Part shown: in pieces, positions 24,388-38,613 of the stretch | Layout: the number at the start of each line of letters is the position of its first letter | Position numbering within the stretch: the stretch's first letter is position 1 | DNA from: Paraspadella gotoi | Taxonomy: Eukaryota; Animalia; Chaetognatha | Direction: 5' to 3' | Assembly: GCA_051294375.1 (NCBI GenBank) | Contig: CM119268.1 | Location: forward strand, 20,953,869 to 21,017,868 | Length of the DNA stretch: 64,000 bases | Made by a program: the position numbers and the translations under genes | The notes under the pieces: generated by a model | Databases searched by the model: none | Seen by the model: only the letters and a program-made list of their open reading frames with translations | What the model was told of the DNA's origin: nothing

Positions 24388-27300
24388 TCGAATGGGAGAA
24401 TAATATTGCGACTGAAAAATATCTTCCCAGGCTCCCGCCAATCGACTACGGCCACTTCAGAATACCCTTCACTCGAAATCCTTACTTCACGCCTGTACTG
24501 CTCTCCAATGCCCCACAAGTCCGAAAACCGATATGATTCCGCTACTCGTTGCTCTTCAAGAAGAAATCAGAGAGACTCAGCAAACGACAACAATCCAGTC
24601 CAGCGGCGCTAAATCCAAAAGAACCCGGCTACTACTATTCTTGCGACGGCGAAGGACCTTCCGAAGCCTCCTACGAAGGAAGCCAAACAAGAAATGCAAG
24701 AACCACTCCAAACGACGTTAGTGCAAAACGGAGATGGATAACAGAAGAAGAGAGCCAGTTCCTTTTCACTCAGGTGATTCAAATCGGAAATTTCCAGCCG
24801 ACTCTGATATACTATAACATATGGCTAGTGCAATTCTCACACCTTTCCGACTCTCCGTATAATATATCAAGTAATGCATCACCCAGAGACTATATATAAT
24901 ACAATTATTATAAATAATGAAAATTCAGGGAAAAGGCAGGGGAAGTGCTTGCCTTATCCCTGAGAAATTTGAATTCTATCAGATTGATCTTAATTGGAAC
25001 ATCCAATTATGAATATATATGTTTGGCCTCTCACACTGAAAACAAACAGATTAAGTTTTTAAATATTTATTTGAGACCACCTGGCAATCTCAAGCGAAAT
25101 TTTTGAGAAATTGATTCTTATAAAAATTAAGGGAAAGGAAATTCCAGGTTTTATAATGGGAACTTAATTGTTCCAAATAAGTTATACGATTTAATGCAGA
25201 CAACTGGAATTGGAGTTGATAAACGAACTTGCGTTTATTACTTTTATCCAAGGCTTCGATGGAAGTGAAACGTTTTTAGAAATTTATACTTTTTGCAAAC
25301 AAATCCGCAGTATCATGGTAGAAAATTGGAAATGTGAACAATATATAGGAAGTGATCATTTGATAATGGTGAGATGAGTCTTAAGATTTATAATAAAAGT
25401 AATACTTTATAAAGAGGAAAACTAACTGGAATAAATTTTGAGGACGGTACTTTAAATGAGGGAAATTGAACGGTTGTGAAGGAGAAATAATCATTGAAAA
25501 TTCTACAAGTGTAGACAAAGAACTTGAAAAATGGTATTAAGGAGTAAATTCAGCATTACGGAAGCAACTCAGGAAGTAAACAGTTAGGACTAAAGGGTAA
25601 TATCCCACTTAGTCGCAGAACAATATTGACTTATTTGTACACGAAGGAGACTTGGAGGCCTAAAAAAGGAACCTATATAAAACCGATACACTTTTTAAAA
25701 CAATCGGTTAATTTTGTTTTAAATAAAATTGATAAAAGAAGTCAGAGAGTCAATTAATGAGGATACTAAGGAATATTGTAAAAAATAAAGCGGAATACTA
25801 AAATATGACAAAATGCATTCGAAAAAGAAATGGGAAAATAATAAAACGAAATGATGGAAAAGGAGATCCCAAGTGACTACTCAAAACTAAAAGATAAAAA
25901 AGGGAAAGTCTGTATATTTCCGATGATGATGAATTCAAGGAAGAGATCGAGGGACAGGCAAGAATTATTCGGAAGAAATATTGTATTACAGCAAAGCCCT
26001 GAAGACGAAATCTTAATTTCTCCTCCCATCTTTTCAATAACCTTCGAAATAATTATTCTTCATTGAAGGAGGAAATCGGCCGGGCTGGGGAAGAAGACGG
26101 TTGAAGTAGATTCTACCTTAAAAGATAAACCTAATTTTTCTGAAAAGATTTATATGATCTTATTAAAGCTTCCCTATGAGAGTTCTTACTTTCCTGAGAG
26201 ATGGAAAAATGCAATAATTAATATGATCCCAAAAAAGGGAAACCTGCAGATTCAATTAAAGGTTTCGTCCAAATAAAGCTTGCTTAGTTCTGTAGGAAAA
26301 AGTTTACGAGCGGACTTATAAAGATTTTCTCTGTTAAGTTTCCATGAATGGTCAGAAAAATGTTAATCCTATACAGCGGATTTTAAAGGGCCCGTGTACC
26401 TCAAGAACACTTATTCAAGGTTATCAGAGGACGTCATGCGTTGAATTTAAAAATAAAAAAATTACTGTTGCAATATTCATGATGTAGAGGATGCATTTTA
26501 ATAGAGTTTGATTTAGTGGATTGATAGTCAAAATGATAATATGGGTTTCCTGAGAAAATTATCCGTGTCATTGACTCAGACCTAACGAATCCGATATGTC
26601 ACAGTGAGAGTCGGACCGGCACATCAAGAAGGGATAATTATGGAATTGTGGATGTCCTCAGGTGCTGGTATGTTCTTTCGCCCGGACATTTTTCCAATAT
26701 GTCTTTAGTATAACGAAGAGTCCTAAGGATTGTCGGAACAAGCCAATTTGCGACGAACAGCTAATTTGGTAACTTGAGGAGTCTCTGTTCTCTGGAGTTG
26801 TGTCATTTTGGAAATGAAAGGACATTAGATGCGATTCAGAGTGGTGAGTAAGTGGAGACTTTAAAACTGGCGCCAGAGAAGAGTCGGTTAATATTTTCTT
26901 CAAGACGAAGGGCGAACTTAAGATAGATTCCCTAAATTTAGAAATTATTTTGGGGTGGGAATTAAAAACAATAAGGTGGAAGCGTTTTTTTGGGCGTAAA
27001 CTTTGATGATAAAATGACATGGATAAACATTGTAAGAAACTATAGAAAAGAAAATGCGACAACGTTGTGCGGTTGCTTCGAAAGTTGAAATTTAAATATA
27101 ATCATTTAGATATGAAACTTAAATGTTGGAATTGTATCAAGTCTTTGCGATATCATTACTTGAATATATATTCATTGTTTCTGTTCTATGGTCTAACGGA
27201 AAAGTTGTTTAAAACTGAATCAATAGAAAATAAATTTATTTAAAATGTATTACAAACGTTCCACGAAAAATGTCTAATAGAAATCAGTTTTAGATTCATT

Positions 27301-27690
27301 AGCTTACGAGACTTACGATTGTAAATATTCAGCACGAAGCACATTCCAATTTGTTGTTTAATGAACTCGTCTCTGCTCCTTCCGGAATATATCAAAGATA
27401 TTAATAAATACCCGTATTTGGGAAATCAATTAGTCCGATTGCCTTTTTAAGTAATTTTCCGGTAATATATGAAACTGTTGTAGTTTTCTGTTTTTTGTAG
27501 AATTGGCTTTTCCTATTAGGAAAAATTATTCATTGCTTAAAATTTACTGAGTTTTTTGGAAAATCTAATTTTCATGTCATTATATTGTATTACTGCTTGT
27601 ATCTCTGGTTATCTGCTTTGTTTTTGTAAAAACCACTGTGGCCCATGGTCTCAGGACCCGCTGTATGATAAATACATAACAATAACAATA
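24388..27690 (+). mobile_element. Second (assembly) copy of the LINE: ORF1 tail, ORF2 from ATG 24734, 3' UTR
   Basis: Contains the RT N-terminal half lost to noise in copy 1: FPERWKNAIINMIPKKG, RP.SLLSSVGK.YER, DVEDAF, then the GCPQ and FADD regions and the same 3' tail. Confidence 0.9.
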
Positions 27691-30600
27691 GTAGAAATAG
27701 GGTGAAAATACAAAAGATTTAATAGGGACTGTTCTTTGTTTCGGAAAAGATATACTAAACTAAAATTTCAATTGCTATTTTGTTTTAAAAACGCTCTTTC
27801 GTTTGTGGAGCCATCGTTTATTAAGACTTAAAACAAGCAAAAATTGTGCTTTTTGTGTAAAGGATGCAAGTGAAGATCTAGTGGGTGTAATCAGAAGAGC
27901 AAATTTATAGAAAGTAAAGGGAAAATGCTCATAGTAGAAAAAAGTAAGAGACAAATTCTGTAGTAGGTGGAAAAAGTTACAAAGACGGAAAACAAAATTG
28001 AAAAAAAAATAGAATCTATGGAAATTTACAATTTTTTGGAAAAAAGGAAAGAAGAAAAAAACAAAGAAGAAAAGGAAAAAAGAGAAAGAAGTCGGTTGGA
28101 AAAAAGGGAAAGAAAAAAATGAAAAAAAGGTATGAAAATGAGATAATAATGATGGATAAATTGTAGTTATAAAATAAAAAAAAATTAAATGAAACAAAAA
28201 TAAATAATTTAATTGTTAAGTAATAGACGAGAGATCAATGGGGCTTAAAGGGGGGTGGGTGATCTGGTGGGCAGAGTGAGATCGCATTCAGGTGGCGGCG
28301 CTTATCCGAGATCGCGACAATCGTCAGCGGAAAAAAGAGAGGAGGAGGAGAGATTGGTCTCAGATTTGGGAGAAAAAGCGAGAGAGAAATATATACGGAG
28401 AAAAGTAGGAAGATAAACGGATGAATAAACGAAAAAAAATGGAGGTTCATTCCCTCTCTCTCTCTCTCTTTCTCTTTCACCTCCCTCTCTTTATATAATA
28501 TAATATCTCTCCCTCTGCTCTGTTTTCAAAATCAAAAAGAAATGATATAAAAAAAACAAAAAACCAAAAAACTTTACGATCGAAATACACATGATTGTTA
28601 GTAAATTAATTCCTGAAAATTTGTTGCTTAAAGTGATAATACCTTAAACGTTTTTTTTTTCCCGAAGAAGTTAGTATTTATATTAACATAGAATTACACG
28701 ACTATTTTAAGTATATAAAATATAAAGTTGTTAGAGTTCAAAATAGGGGGGCCGATAGCCTAATCAAAATAGTAGCATTATTCGAGTAGTAAAAAGCCCG
28801 GAGCCGAAAAGACTCGTTTTCTCTTGACAAGTAAGACGAAAGAGGAGAGGCTTCACGATCTCGAGGGTAAACAAGAGGAGATAGAGAGAGGAGGAAAGGA
28901 AGAGGGAAAGAGAGAGAAAGGATAGGGAGGAAAGGAAAGAGAGAAATAGGATAAGAGGTTCACGATCTCTGAGGTAAAAAAGAGGGAGACTTAGAGAGAG
29001 GAGGAAGGAAAGGAAGGAAAAAGAGAAAAGAGGGAGATAAGGAGAGAAGGAAGGAAAGAAGGAAGAGAAGAGAGGAAAAAGAGGAGATAAGGAAAGGAGG
29101 AAGAGAAAGAGAGGAAAAGGGAGAGGTAAACAATAGCGAGGAAAGGAAAGGAAGGAAAGAGAGAGAGAAAAAAGGAAGAGGAGGAAAGACAAAAAAGAGA
29201 AAGAAAGACCAGAAAAAGGCTCGAAGAAGGATGAACAGAAGAAATGAGATAAAAGAAAATTAATCAAATGAAATTACTAATGACTTTACGGAAAACATTT
29301 AATTAATTAATTCAAAGACCAAGCTATTAATTTTAGTTATTATAAAAATGCGTAGAATAAAAAGTTAAATTATTTAAGAAGGCATGACAAGTTTTTAAAG
29401 AAAAGAATATTAAGTATTAGATATTAATCACAATTTAATTAGTAGAATATGTAAAAAAAAAAAGAAAAAGAGAAGAAAAAAAGAAAAAATAGAAATAAGA
29501 ATTAACTGAAAGAAAAAAAAGGAAAGAAGAAAGAGGAAAAAAAGCGGTTTGTGTTTGAATCGACGTTGCCATTCGTCTCTAATCTTGTTAGACGTTGGAA
29601 TGCCGAAGCGGGACACAAAAGGAAGAAACAGAGAAAGCCTTTCTCAAGATGAGAGCGGGAGACAAAAGAAAAAGGAGAGAATGAGAGAGGAGAGAGGTAT
29701 AAAGGAGAGTGGTAAAGAGACAGGAAGATATGTTTTACTCGACTTCTAAATTAGTGATATAAATTCTAGAAGAAAACAGTTTTTATATAAAGTGAATTAT
29801 GTAAATTGCATTAGGCAAATATTTATTATTATTTTATTATTTCTATTGTTTTTCAGGAATTTGAATTTACATTTTCTTAGGTTTAAAGGAATTTATAGAA
29901 AGAGTATCTGTTTTTGATAAAGGATTTAATTATGAATGTTCTATAGAAATAAATATCAGAAGGAACGTTTTTAGATTTTATGTTTATCTTTCTCTTTTTT
30001 CTTTTCCTTCCACATTTTCTCCTTGTTATTTTTGTTTAATATTTGTAGAGATTGCAGCATTTCCTTACGGACTGGACACGATTGAGCATCCTCATAATTA
30101 ATTTCTCTATTTGTTGAGCTCATCAACTTGAACCGTACGCCAGTAGTATTAATTGAAGTTAGTTGTAATTCAGTTGACAGTTATAAGGAACTATCGAAAA
30201 AATAGCATCAGTAGAGCCATTGAAGAGCAGTGGAAAGAGCCATTGAAGAGCTGTGGAACTCAAAAGTACAAAAAATAACCATTTATTAATACCTAATTCA
30301 CCTATTAATATTTCGGTTATCAATAATTACCTTATGGTCAGGGCAATCTCTTCAAAAATAAAAGTTGCCCTTTCTTTTTAACAAAGACTAAATTAATGGA
30401 CAATGAGAAGAGAGCTTCTTTAAAAATATGAGAATCAATCATTAAACTACTATTGGTAGAATTCGACCAATAGAAGAGTAAAGATAATATAAATCATAAA
30501 GTTGAACTACAACCAATTGACGTGATTTCAGATATTACAAAGAGATTGTTTGATTTAAAATCATTCCTGCACAGAATCATTTTTATGCTTCTCTTACCTC

Positions 30601-31291
30601 CTATTTTTCTACCCCTCTCCTTCTCTCTTGATATTCTTACTTTTTATATTTCTTTCTCTCTCCTCTCTCTCCTCTTTCTTCCTGCTTCTCCTTTTTACGA
30701 ATTCTATCCTTTCTTTTACTTGTTTCCGGTCTCTGGTTCACTGTTGATTGTTGACTGCTCGTTGCTTCTGTCGATTTTTGATTGTCGACAGCAAATGCGA
30801 TGTAAAATCTTTGATTCTGGAATTGAAAAATCCCAATACGGTTAAAACTTCAAACACGTAGTCAATCAAAATCAATTATTGTCGAATGCGAATGTCTTAT
30901 TCGTGATCTGCAGTTTTTAATCGTGATATGGGATTCTTAATCCGTGAACTGTGATTTTTCCGAATCGTGATTATTATTCCGTGCTCCGAGATTCTTAATC
31001 TAATCTGGAATCTCTATCCATGATCCGTGATTCTTAATCCGTAATTCGGAATTCGTTCAACGTCGACCGCTGAAGGGAGAAGATCGTTTCAATCAAATCG
31101 GTCCATGCAGAGGATTTCCTTTCGAAAGACGGACTCTGATAGACACTGAAAAGAAATTGAACCCGGGCGCATCATTAGGGATCGGTCGTCGTTTGCGTAG
31201 TGTTCTATCGTTGTAGTCGTCGTCATCGTCGTTCGTCGTCATAGTTAACATTTTTTTTATCATAGTCGTCGTCTGAGTCGTATCCCTATGT

Positions 31292-31355
<64 letters not shown>

Positions 31356-31357
31356 TT

Positions 31358-31401
<44 letters not shown>

Positions 31402-33090
31402 TTTTTTTTTTGGTCTTTGTCATTGTGACCATCTTTCGTCTTCATCGTTGTAAGCATTTTTCTGTCTGTATAACCCGATATTGTCATTTTCTTTGTCATC
31501 ATTGTTAACGTTTTCTTTATTGTTGTAATCAACAACTTTGTTGGTGTCATTTTCTTCATCGTGGTTGTCATGGCGTCATTTCCTCTCGTCGTCGTCCGTC
31601 GTCGTCGTCGTTCGATGGTTTCCCGTTCTCACCTTCCCCTTCCGCGAACAAAGACGACTATGTAACAATCTCCATTACCTTTTTCTTTCCCATCTCTAGA
31701 GCGGCAGCGTGGGCTGCGGAAGCGGCGGCGCGGCGCAGCGCGGCGCGCGGCGGAGCGGGCGCGGCAGCGTCGCAGCTCGCCAGCGGGTCGCGGCGGAAGG
31801 CCCTCCACCCATTTCACTTATTTTCCCATTTTCTTCTTTCCACTTCCCGATTCTAGTTCCACTTCCTCATTCTGTTTTCTTTTTCATCTACTATTTTTTT
31901 TATTTGATCCTCACTAACTAGACTGTTGAGAGATTGAAAGATATAGACAATCCTATTTATCTGGTGGTGGTCCTGAACTCACCTACTTGTCAAGTCGGTA
32001 AAGTGAAAAAGATATTTAAATACAATCATTAAAACTTTATATTTACCTCTATATAACCACAGTGGCTGCGCCAATACATGTAACATACTGTCAAGCTGTA
32101 AGTGAAACTGTAAACTGCGGCTACTAATACATTTAATACCAGCAAAAATATTTATAAATCAAAACCATTATATTTAATTTTGATATAATACATATGAGTA
32201 AAATTCTTGTCAAGACATAGATAAGAAACTATATTAAAAAAAATAGAATAGAAAAAAATTACTTTTAAAAAATATCAAAAAAATATTTTTAAATAATCCA
32301 AATTTTAAAAAAAATTACTACTTTGTTGAGAGCGGTGCAGGTGAAGATCTAGTGGGTGCAGAGTAGTTTATTGTGAAAGTTCCTTTGTCTTACAAAAAGC
32401 TTTCTTCTTTTTAGAGCTCCTCGTAGATAGGTGAAATAAAAGAAAATTAATGGACTGTTCTTTGTTTCAAGAAAAAGTTAACCCTGGTGAACGTACTAAA
32501 CTAAATCATTGTTTTTTGTTTTTAAAAATGTAGGACCATCTGGTTTATTTTAGACTGCAAACAGCAAAATCAGAGTGCAAGTGAAGATCAGTGGGTGCAG
32601 ACTGAAGAGGCAAATTTCCCCTATAGAAATAAAGTAGCGATAGGTACAGACAAATCCCTCCACCGCAAAATATCACTTTAAGAAAAAAAAAAATTTTGGA
32701 CCAAATAATTTTTTTTATATTTCAGGGTTAAGTAATCGCCTTGTTTCTCTCCTAATAGTAGATCTGATTATGTGAAAGTAACAGTTCTTTATTTTTTACC
32801 TCAGTTCAGAGTTAGAAAACTATCTTACAATTATTTTTTTAAACTACTAACCAGAGGCAGAGAATAACAACTTTGCTCTCTGACAATAAATAAATCGAAT
32901 ACATTTTTAATAAATTAGCCGAAAATTTCGATGTAAACTTTTGGAATTTTATCAAATTCCCCATCTTCATCTTATCCTTGGATTTACCTGAGATGTGAAC
33001 TTTCTCTTTTCCAAAAGCTTTTTTTACACTTTTTTTTTACTGATCTTCTCTCTTCGTTTCTTCTTTTTCTTCTGACTTTCTCCTCCCTCC

Positions 33091-33138
<48 letters not shown>

Positions 33139-33515
33139 TCTCTCTCTTTCTCTCCTCTTCTTCTTTTCCTCCCCCAGTTCTCTCCTCTTCTAACTCCTTC
33201 CCTCTCTCCCTTATTTTGTTATTTCCCTGTCTCCCACCTCCCAACATTCCCCCTCTCCACCTTTCCTCCGAACCCCTTCCCTTCGCTTCTTCACCTCTTT
33301 CCCCTTCCTCATCACACTCTTACCTCTCCCCTCTTGCCCACCTTTTCCTCTCCAACCCTCTCCCCCTCTCTACGCCCCCCCTTTCTTCTTCCCTCGTTCC
33401 CACCCTCTTCTTCTCTCAAACAAGCTCGCTCCGAAGCCTCAATATCACAGGGGCTTCAAGGTCACTCCCACGAGAAAAATTGAATATTTGACACCGAAAT
33501 ATTTCTCTCTCTCTC

Positions 33516-33557
<42 letters not shown>

Positions 33558-34789
33558 TTTCTCTCTCTCTCTCCTCTCTCTCCACTTTCAGGCCGGACGA
33601 TTCCCTCGAGACATTGCGGTGGCTAAACATCCTCCTAATTGTTACAAAAAATTTTAAATCTATCAAGAAGAGATCTAAAAGACAAGAGTAATAGTAATAG
33701 AAAAATAATAGAATATAATAGATATAATATAGTAAGAGAAATAGTAGATGAGATAAAAATTCCGCTACAGTGAATTACATCAGCAAATTCATTTCAATTC
33801 CCTACAGTCCTGCGCTATCTCTCCTGTACGCCGGGCGTCTTCCTCCGCGACGCATCCCGAGTCGGAAGCCGATTGATTTCCGTCCTTATACGGACGAAAG
33901 GCCAGAGGCTATCACATTTTATCGGTTGTAAAACGAGAAAGATGAAAAAAGGATAAAACGGCAAAAAAGGATAAAAAAGGGGGGAAAAAAAGAATAAATA
34001 CGGAGTACTACTACTCGAATCGTTTGACTTGTCTGGACTTCCTTTGAGTATTTTAATGCTTTTTTTTTCTAGATCAGCATCACTTTGGGTCTCAGGAGAA
34101 AGTTGATTGTGAGTTTCACATAGGAAAATGAGGAGAAAAACGAATTGTCATCTGTCTGTCCTCTCTCGTGTCTGTCTATCTCGGCGGGCACGAAACATGA
34201 TCATCTTATTTATCTATCTATACTATCTACTCTATCTATCTATCTATCTATCTATACTAGTTATCTATCTATAATGCTATCTATCTATTATCTATCTATC
34301 ATCATCTTCTTGTCTGTCTGTCGGTCTGTCTTTCTTTGTCGGTGTATGCCTGCGGGGAAGGAATAGCAAGTTGAATGTCTGGTCGAAATAATATTCAGTT
34401 TGACAGTAAAAAAAAAAATTTATAGTGAAAAAAATAAAAAAGCACAAAATAAACAAAAAAAAAAAGAGAAAAAGAAAAATAAAAAAAAATTCGATACTAA
34501 TGTAAATCAAAACTGAATAAATCTGAGACGTCAAAAGAATAAAAAAAGAGAAAATTGAGATTAGTTGCCGGAGGAAAAAGTTAAATATCATAAGGAGAGC
34601 AGAGAGAAAGAGAAAAACAAATAAAGAAAACAAAAGAGAAAGGAAAAGAGTTGAAAAAAAACGCAAAAGGGAAAGTAAAAAGATAGAGACAGAGGATACA
34701 AAGAGCGAGAATACTACTAGCGTCGCCAAAAATCAGAATACAAATCGTGCACGAATTCTTCGTCAATCTCTCTCTCTCTCTCTCTCTCC

Positions 34790-34790
<1 letters not shown>
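24388..34790 (+). repeat. Indel-ridden second copy of ~9210-24362 (probable false duplication from gap filling)
   Basis: Colinear with the first copy through to AAATCGTGCACGAAT..(CT)n. Starts right after a 25-N gap; differences are dominated by 1-bp indels and include a >100-nt poly-T at 31294-31410. Confidence 0.85.
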
Positions 34791-34840
<50 letters not shown>

Positions 34841-34865
34841 TCTCTTTCTCTCTCTCTCCTAACAG

Positions 34866-34931
34866 GATGAAATTGCGAACGGAAGCCAGCAACGCTCCTG
34901 GAGAATCTTCAATAAAACAATAAAACGATAA
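34866..34931 (+). CDS. Candidate terminal exon DEIANGSQQRSWRIFNKTIKR* of the 22291-23718 exon chain
   Basis: Strong acceptor (ct)n-cctaacag|G. Phase 0 matches the exon ending at 23718 once the duplicated block is removed. Confidence 0.3.
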   Translation, partial: DEIANGSQQRSWRIFNKTIKR

Positions 34932-34981
34932 ATTTACGCATCTGACAAAAAGGGAAACGAAAAAAGAAGAGACAAAAAACA

Positions 34982-35042
<61 letters not shown>

Positions 35043-36511
35043 ACCGCTGACGGATTTATTGTTTCACATCACGGGGATTATAAATTTCTTTCTTTACTAG
35101 TTTTAATTCGTTCAACCCTTGTTTAAACTCCTCTTATGTAATTATTATAACTAATATGATTATCTATTTATCTTGCCCCTCATTTTGGTATAGGTCTCTT
35201 ACAAGATAATAAAATAACCAGATCATATAAACTTTCAATCAAAACTCTCTTATAGTCAAGTTTATTAACTTCCAGGTAACCGAGTATTCTTATCTTTTTT
35301 TAACTCAATTGGCTCAACTTTAATTGTATAATTTTCTTCTCTTTTTAATGATACCTGAGTCATTATTTGCTCCTCTTACTCGACCACCTTTGCTCCTCTT
35401 CCTCAGCCTCTTCTTTTCTTTTTATCCTCTTCTTTAGCCACTTATTTTATTTTGCTCCTTTCCTCAGCCTCTTCTTTTCTTTTTCTTCACTTCCTCTGCC
35501 TCTTCTTTTCTTTTGCTCCACTTCCTCTTCCTCTCTCTTTTCTTTTTCTTCACTTCCTCTGCCTCTTCTTTTCTTTTGCTCCTCTTCCTCAGCCTCTTCT
35601 TTTCTTTTGCTCCTCTTCCCCCTCTTTCTATTCCCACAACTCCAGTCTTTATTTCTCTTTAACGACAGAAGCAAAGATAAAACAAAAGGAGCGAACTTAC
35701 TTTTCGGTTTCGCGAGTCAATAATACTTGATAATTGGATTTAATTTTAATATACTTTAATTAAACTTTCATTATTCTTCATTGTAGTGAAAGACTTTTTT
35801 CTCACTTTTTTTGTAAAAATTATTAAAAATTTTTCTCAGATACAAAAAAGTTTATGCAGAGAAAAACTTGGAGTCCAAAAAATTAACAATAGTCTTTTAG
35901 GAAAGAAAAACAAGAAAATTGTTTTACCATATTTTTATTGGTTAGAAATATACGAGGGTCAAAATTAATAGTGTGGGAACAAATTTCAACTCTACCTCGT
36001 AATGAGAGATCGAGGGTAAATGAGAGAAAAAAAACTGGTGAACATAATTCACGCAGCATCACACAGTTTCACGCGTCGTTGTCGTCGTTGTCGTCGTCGT
36101 TGTCGTCGTTGTGGTCGTTGTCGTTATCGCCGTCATAAACTTTCTGTTTTTGTGAAGGTCGCCTTTCAAGTGATGGTCGCGGAGTCGTCATCACTGTTTG
36201 TTGTGATCATCATCATCATCATCATTATCATCATCATCATCTTCATCATCATCAACAACAAAAACAACAACCAAGAAATTGAAAATTATTGACAAAGAAC
36301 AAAATTATCAAATTATAAATTACTAATTCAAAAATAAAGTTTTAAAAAAAATTTCTGATCAAGTTTTTCCGTCGATTCACTATCGGAAAAGAATTTAAGA
36401 GCAGGAATCGCAGACAATACTATTCGCTATATTTAGCCTTTTTTAGTTGTTTTTTGAATATTTTTTATTAATACCAAAAACAGTATTAACATAATGAAAA
36501 ACAGTGACAGC

Positions 36512-36640
36512 TTTTTTAGTTGCGCAGCTTGTACTCGCGAAGCAACTATATAAGTAACTTTTCGGTCGGTCTGTCGGTCGGTCGGTCTGTCGGTCGGTCT
36601 GTCGGTCGGTCTGTCGGTCGGTATTTCTGTCCATCGGTTT
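36512..36640 (+). mobile_element. Possible 5' end of a non-autonomous Helentron (HINE/DINE-1-like)
   Basis: T-run, short inverted repeat TAGTTGC..GCAACTA, then a (GTCG/GTCT)n microsatellite. No 3' subterminal repeat or hairpin found. Confidence 0.4.
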
Positions 36641-37176
36641 ATCCAATTTATGTTGAAATACAAATAATTTGCCTATAGTTATTTGTTCTTTTGTTAAGAC
36701 AGAAAAAAACTTAAAATCTAAGGGACTGCTCGCGCCGCCTTCAGGAAATACTAAAATTTTGATGCAGTGTATGGTATAAATATATGGAGTAAGAAAGTTA
36801 TTGTAGTCATGTTATGTCACGTTATGTTATGTCAGGTAACGTCATGTCATGTCATGAAAAATATAAGTGATAAGGCGGCTCAACACATTTGAATTACCGT
36901 TATTGTTTTCTTTTTTTTATATGTGAATCGTATAAACAAAGAGTCCTTTTATAAACAAAGCGTCACCCTTATCAAAGAAAAATAATTAAAGTTTCGAGAA
37001 AACAATTTTTCCGCTCGATTTTTTATCTTTTCTTCGCAAAATAAAATTTACTTGGTTTTGGTTTGATTCGTATTTTATCGGAAAAATCGATTTCAATTAT
37101 ATTTAAATTTTCCTTTTTTTTTTCGTCCATTTTCCACCCACACCCAGTCCAGATTACTGGCAAATCAATCTCGACA

Positions 37177-37266
<90 letters not shown>

Positions 37267-37467
37267 CATATCACTTTCCTCTTTGGCTGAACCAGCTATT
37301 CGCACCTTTTTCTTTCCCCATCAATTCTTCTCTTTAACTTTTCCTCTTTAAAAAAAAGAAAAAAAAGAAAATCCGCTTATTTCTTTTCTTTCCTTTTGTT
37401 CTCCTCCCCATTTAATCTTCCCACCCTTTTCTTCTTCTTCTTTCCTTTCATGTATTTTTTTATTCGG

Positions 37468-37790
37468 TTTTCTGTTTTTGTCTTTTCTTCTGTTTTTCTT
37501 CCTCTCATTTTCTATTCTACTTTTTTGTTTCTGTCTTTTATTCTGTTTTTCTTCCTCTCATTTTTTATTCTTCTTTTATGTTTTGGTCTTTTCTTCTGTT
37601 CTTCTTCTTCTTCTCATTTTCTATTCTTCTTTTTTTTTTTTGTCTTTTCTTCTGTTCTTCTTCTTCTCATTTTATATTCTTCTTTTCTTTTTTTGTCTTT
37701 TCTTCTGTTTTTCTTCCTCTCATTTTCTATTCTTATTTTCTGTTTCTGTCTTTTCTTCTGTTTTCCTTCTTCTCTTTTTCTATTCCTCTT
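37468..37790 (+). repeat. Degenerate ~45-50-bp pyrimidine-rich tandem repeat
   Basis: TGTCTTTTCTTCTGTT(T/C)TTCTTC(C/T)TCTCATTTT recurs about 6 times. Confidence 0.75.
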
Positions 37791-38299
37791 TCCTTTCTTC
37801 CATCGTCTTCTGTTTTTCTCTCTTTCATTTAGTTAAAATAATGAATACTATAATGACTACTATAATTCCTCATTTTACTCAATTTTCTTTTCTTTTATTC
37901 TCTCTTTTTTCCCCCATTTTTTCTCTGTCTTATCTTTTTCTTTCTCTTCTTTTTTTCGCTCTTTGTCTCTTTCCTTTTTCATCCTTTTTTTTCCCTTTCT
38001 TACCTTTTTTCCTTTTTTTCCACTTTTTTCTTTTTTTTCCCATTTTTCTCTCCCTCGTCTTACTCCGTTTTGCCCCAATGACACCAACGAACGTCATTTT
38101 CCGCACCGTATTTTTCCAATCTCTCTCTCTCTCTCACTTGCGCGGAGTCTGTAAATGCCATTCCTCCTCCTCCTCCTTTCTCCTCTCCTAACCCGACACG
38201 TAAGAGCAATTGCAATTAGATCTGAATTATATGGAGCAATAAACAATCATCGCACCTCTATAATTCATGTTATGTCAAACCGAGAGAGAGAGAGGAGAG

Positions 38300-38368
<69 letters not shown>

Positions 38369-38560
38369 GGGANNNNNNNNNNNNNNNNNNNNNNNNNTGC
38401 CTCCTCCTCCTCCTCCTCCTCCTCCTCCTCCTCCTCAACCCGACCACGTAAGAGCAATTGCAATTAGATCTGAATTATATGGAGCAATAAACAATCATCG
38501 CACCTCTATAACTTCATGTTATGTCAAACCGAGAGAGAGAGAGAGAGGAGGGAGAGAAGG

Positions 38561-38613
<53 letters not shown>

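Noticed and set aside
31294-31410. Long poly-T as a retroposed poly(A) tail
   Set aside because: The cleaner copy at ~20915-20925 has only a few Ts; homopolymer read artefact.
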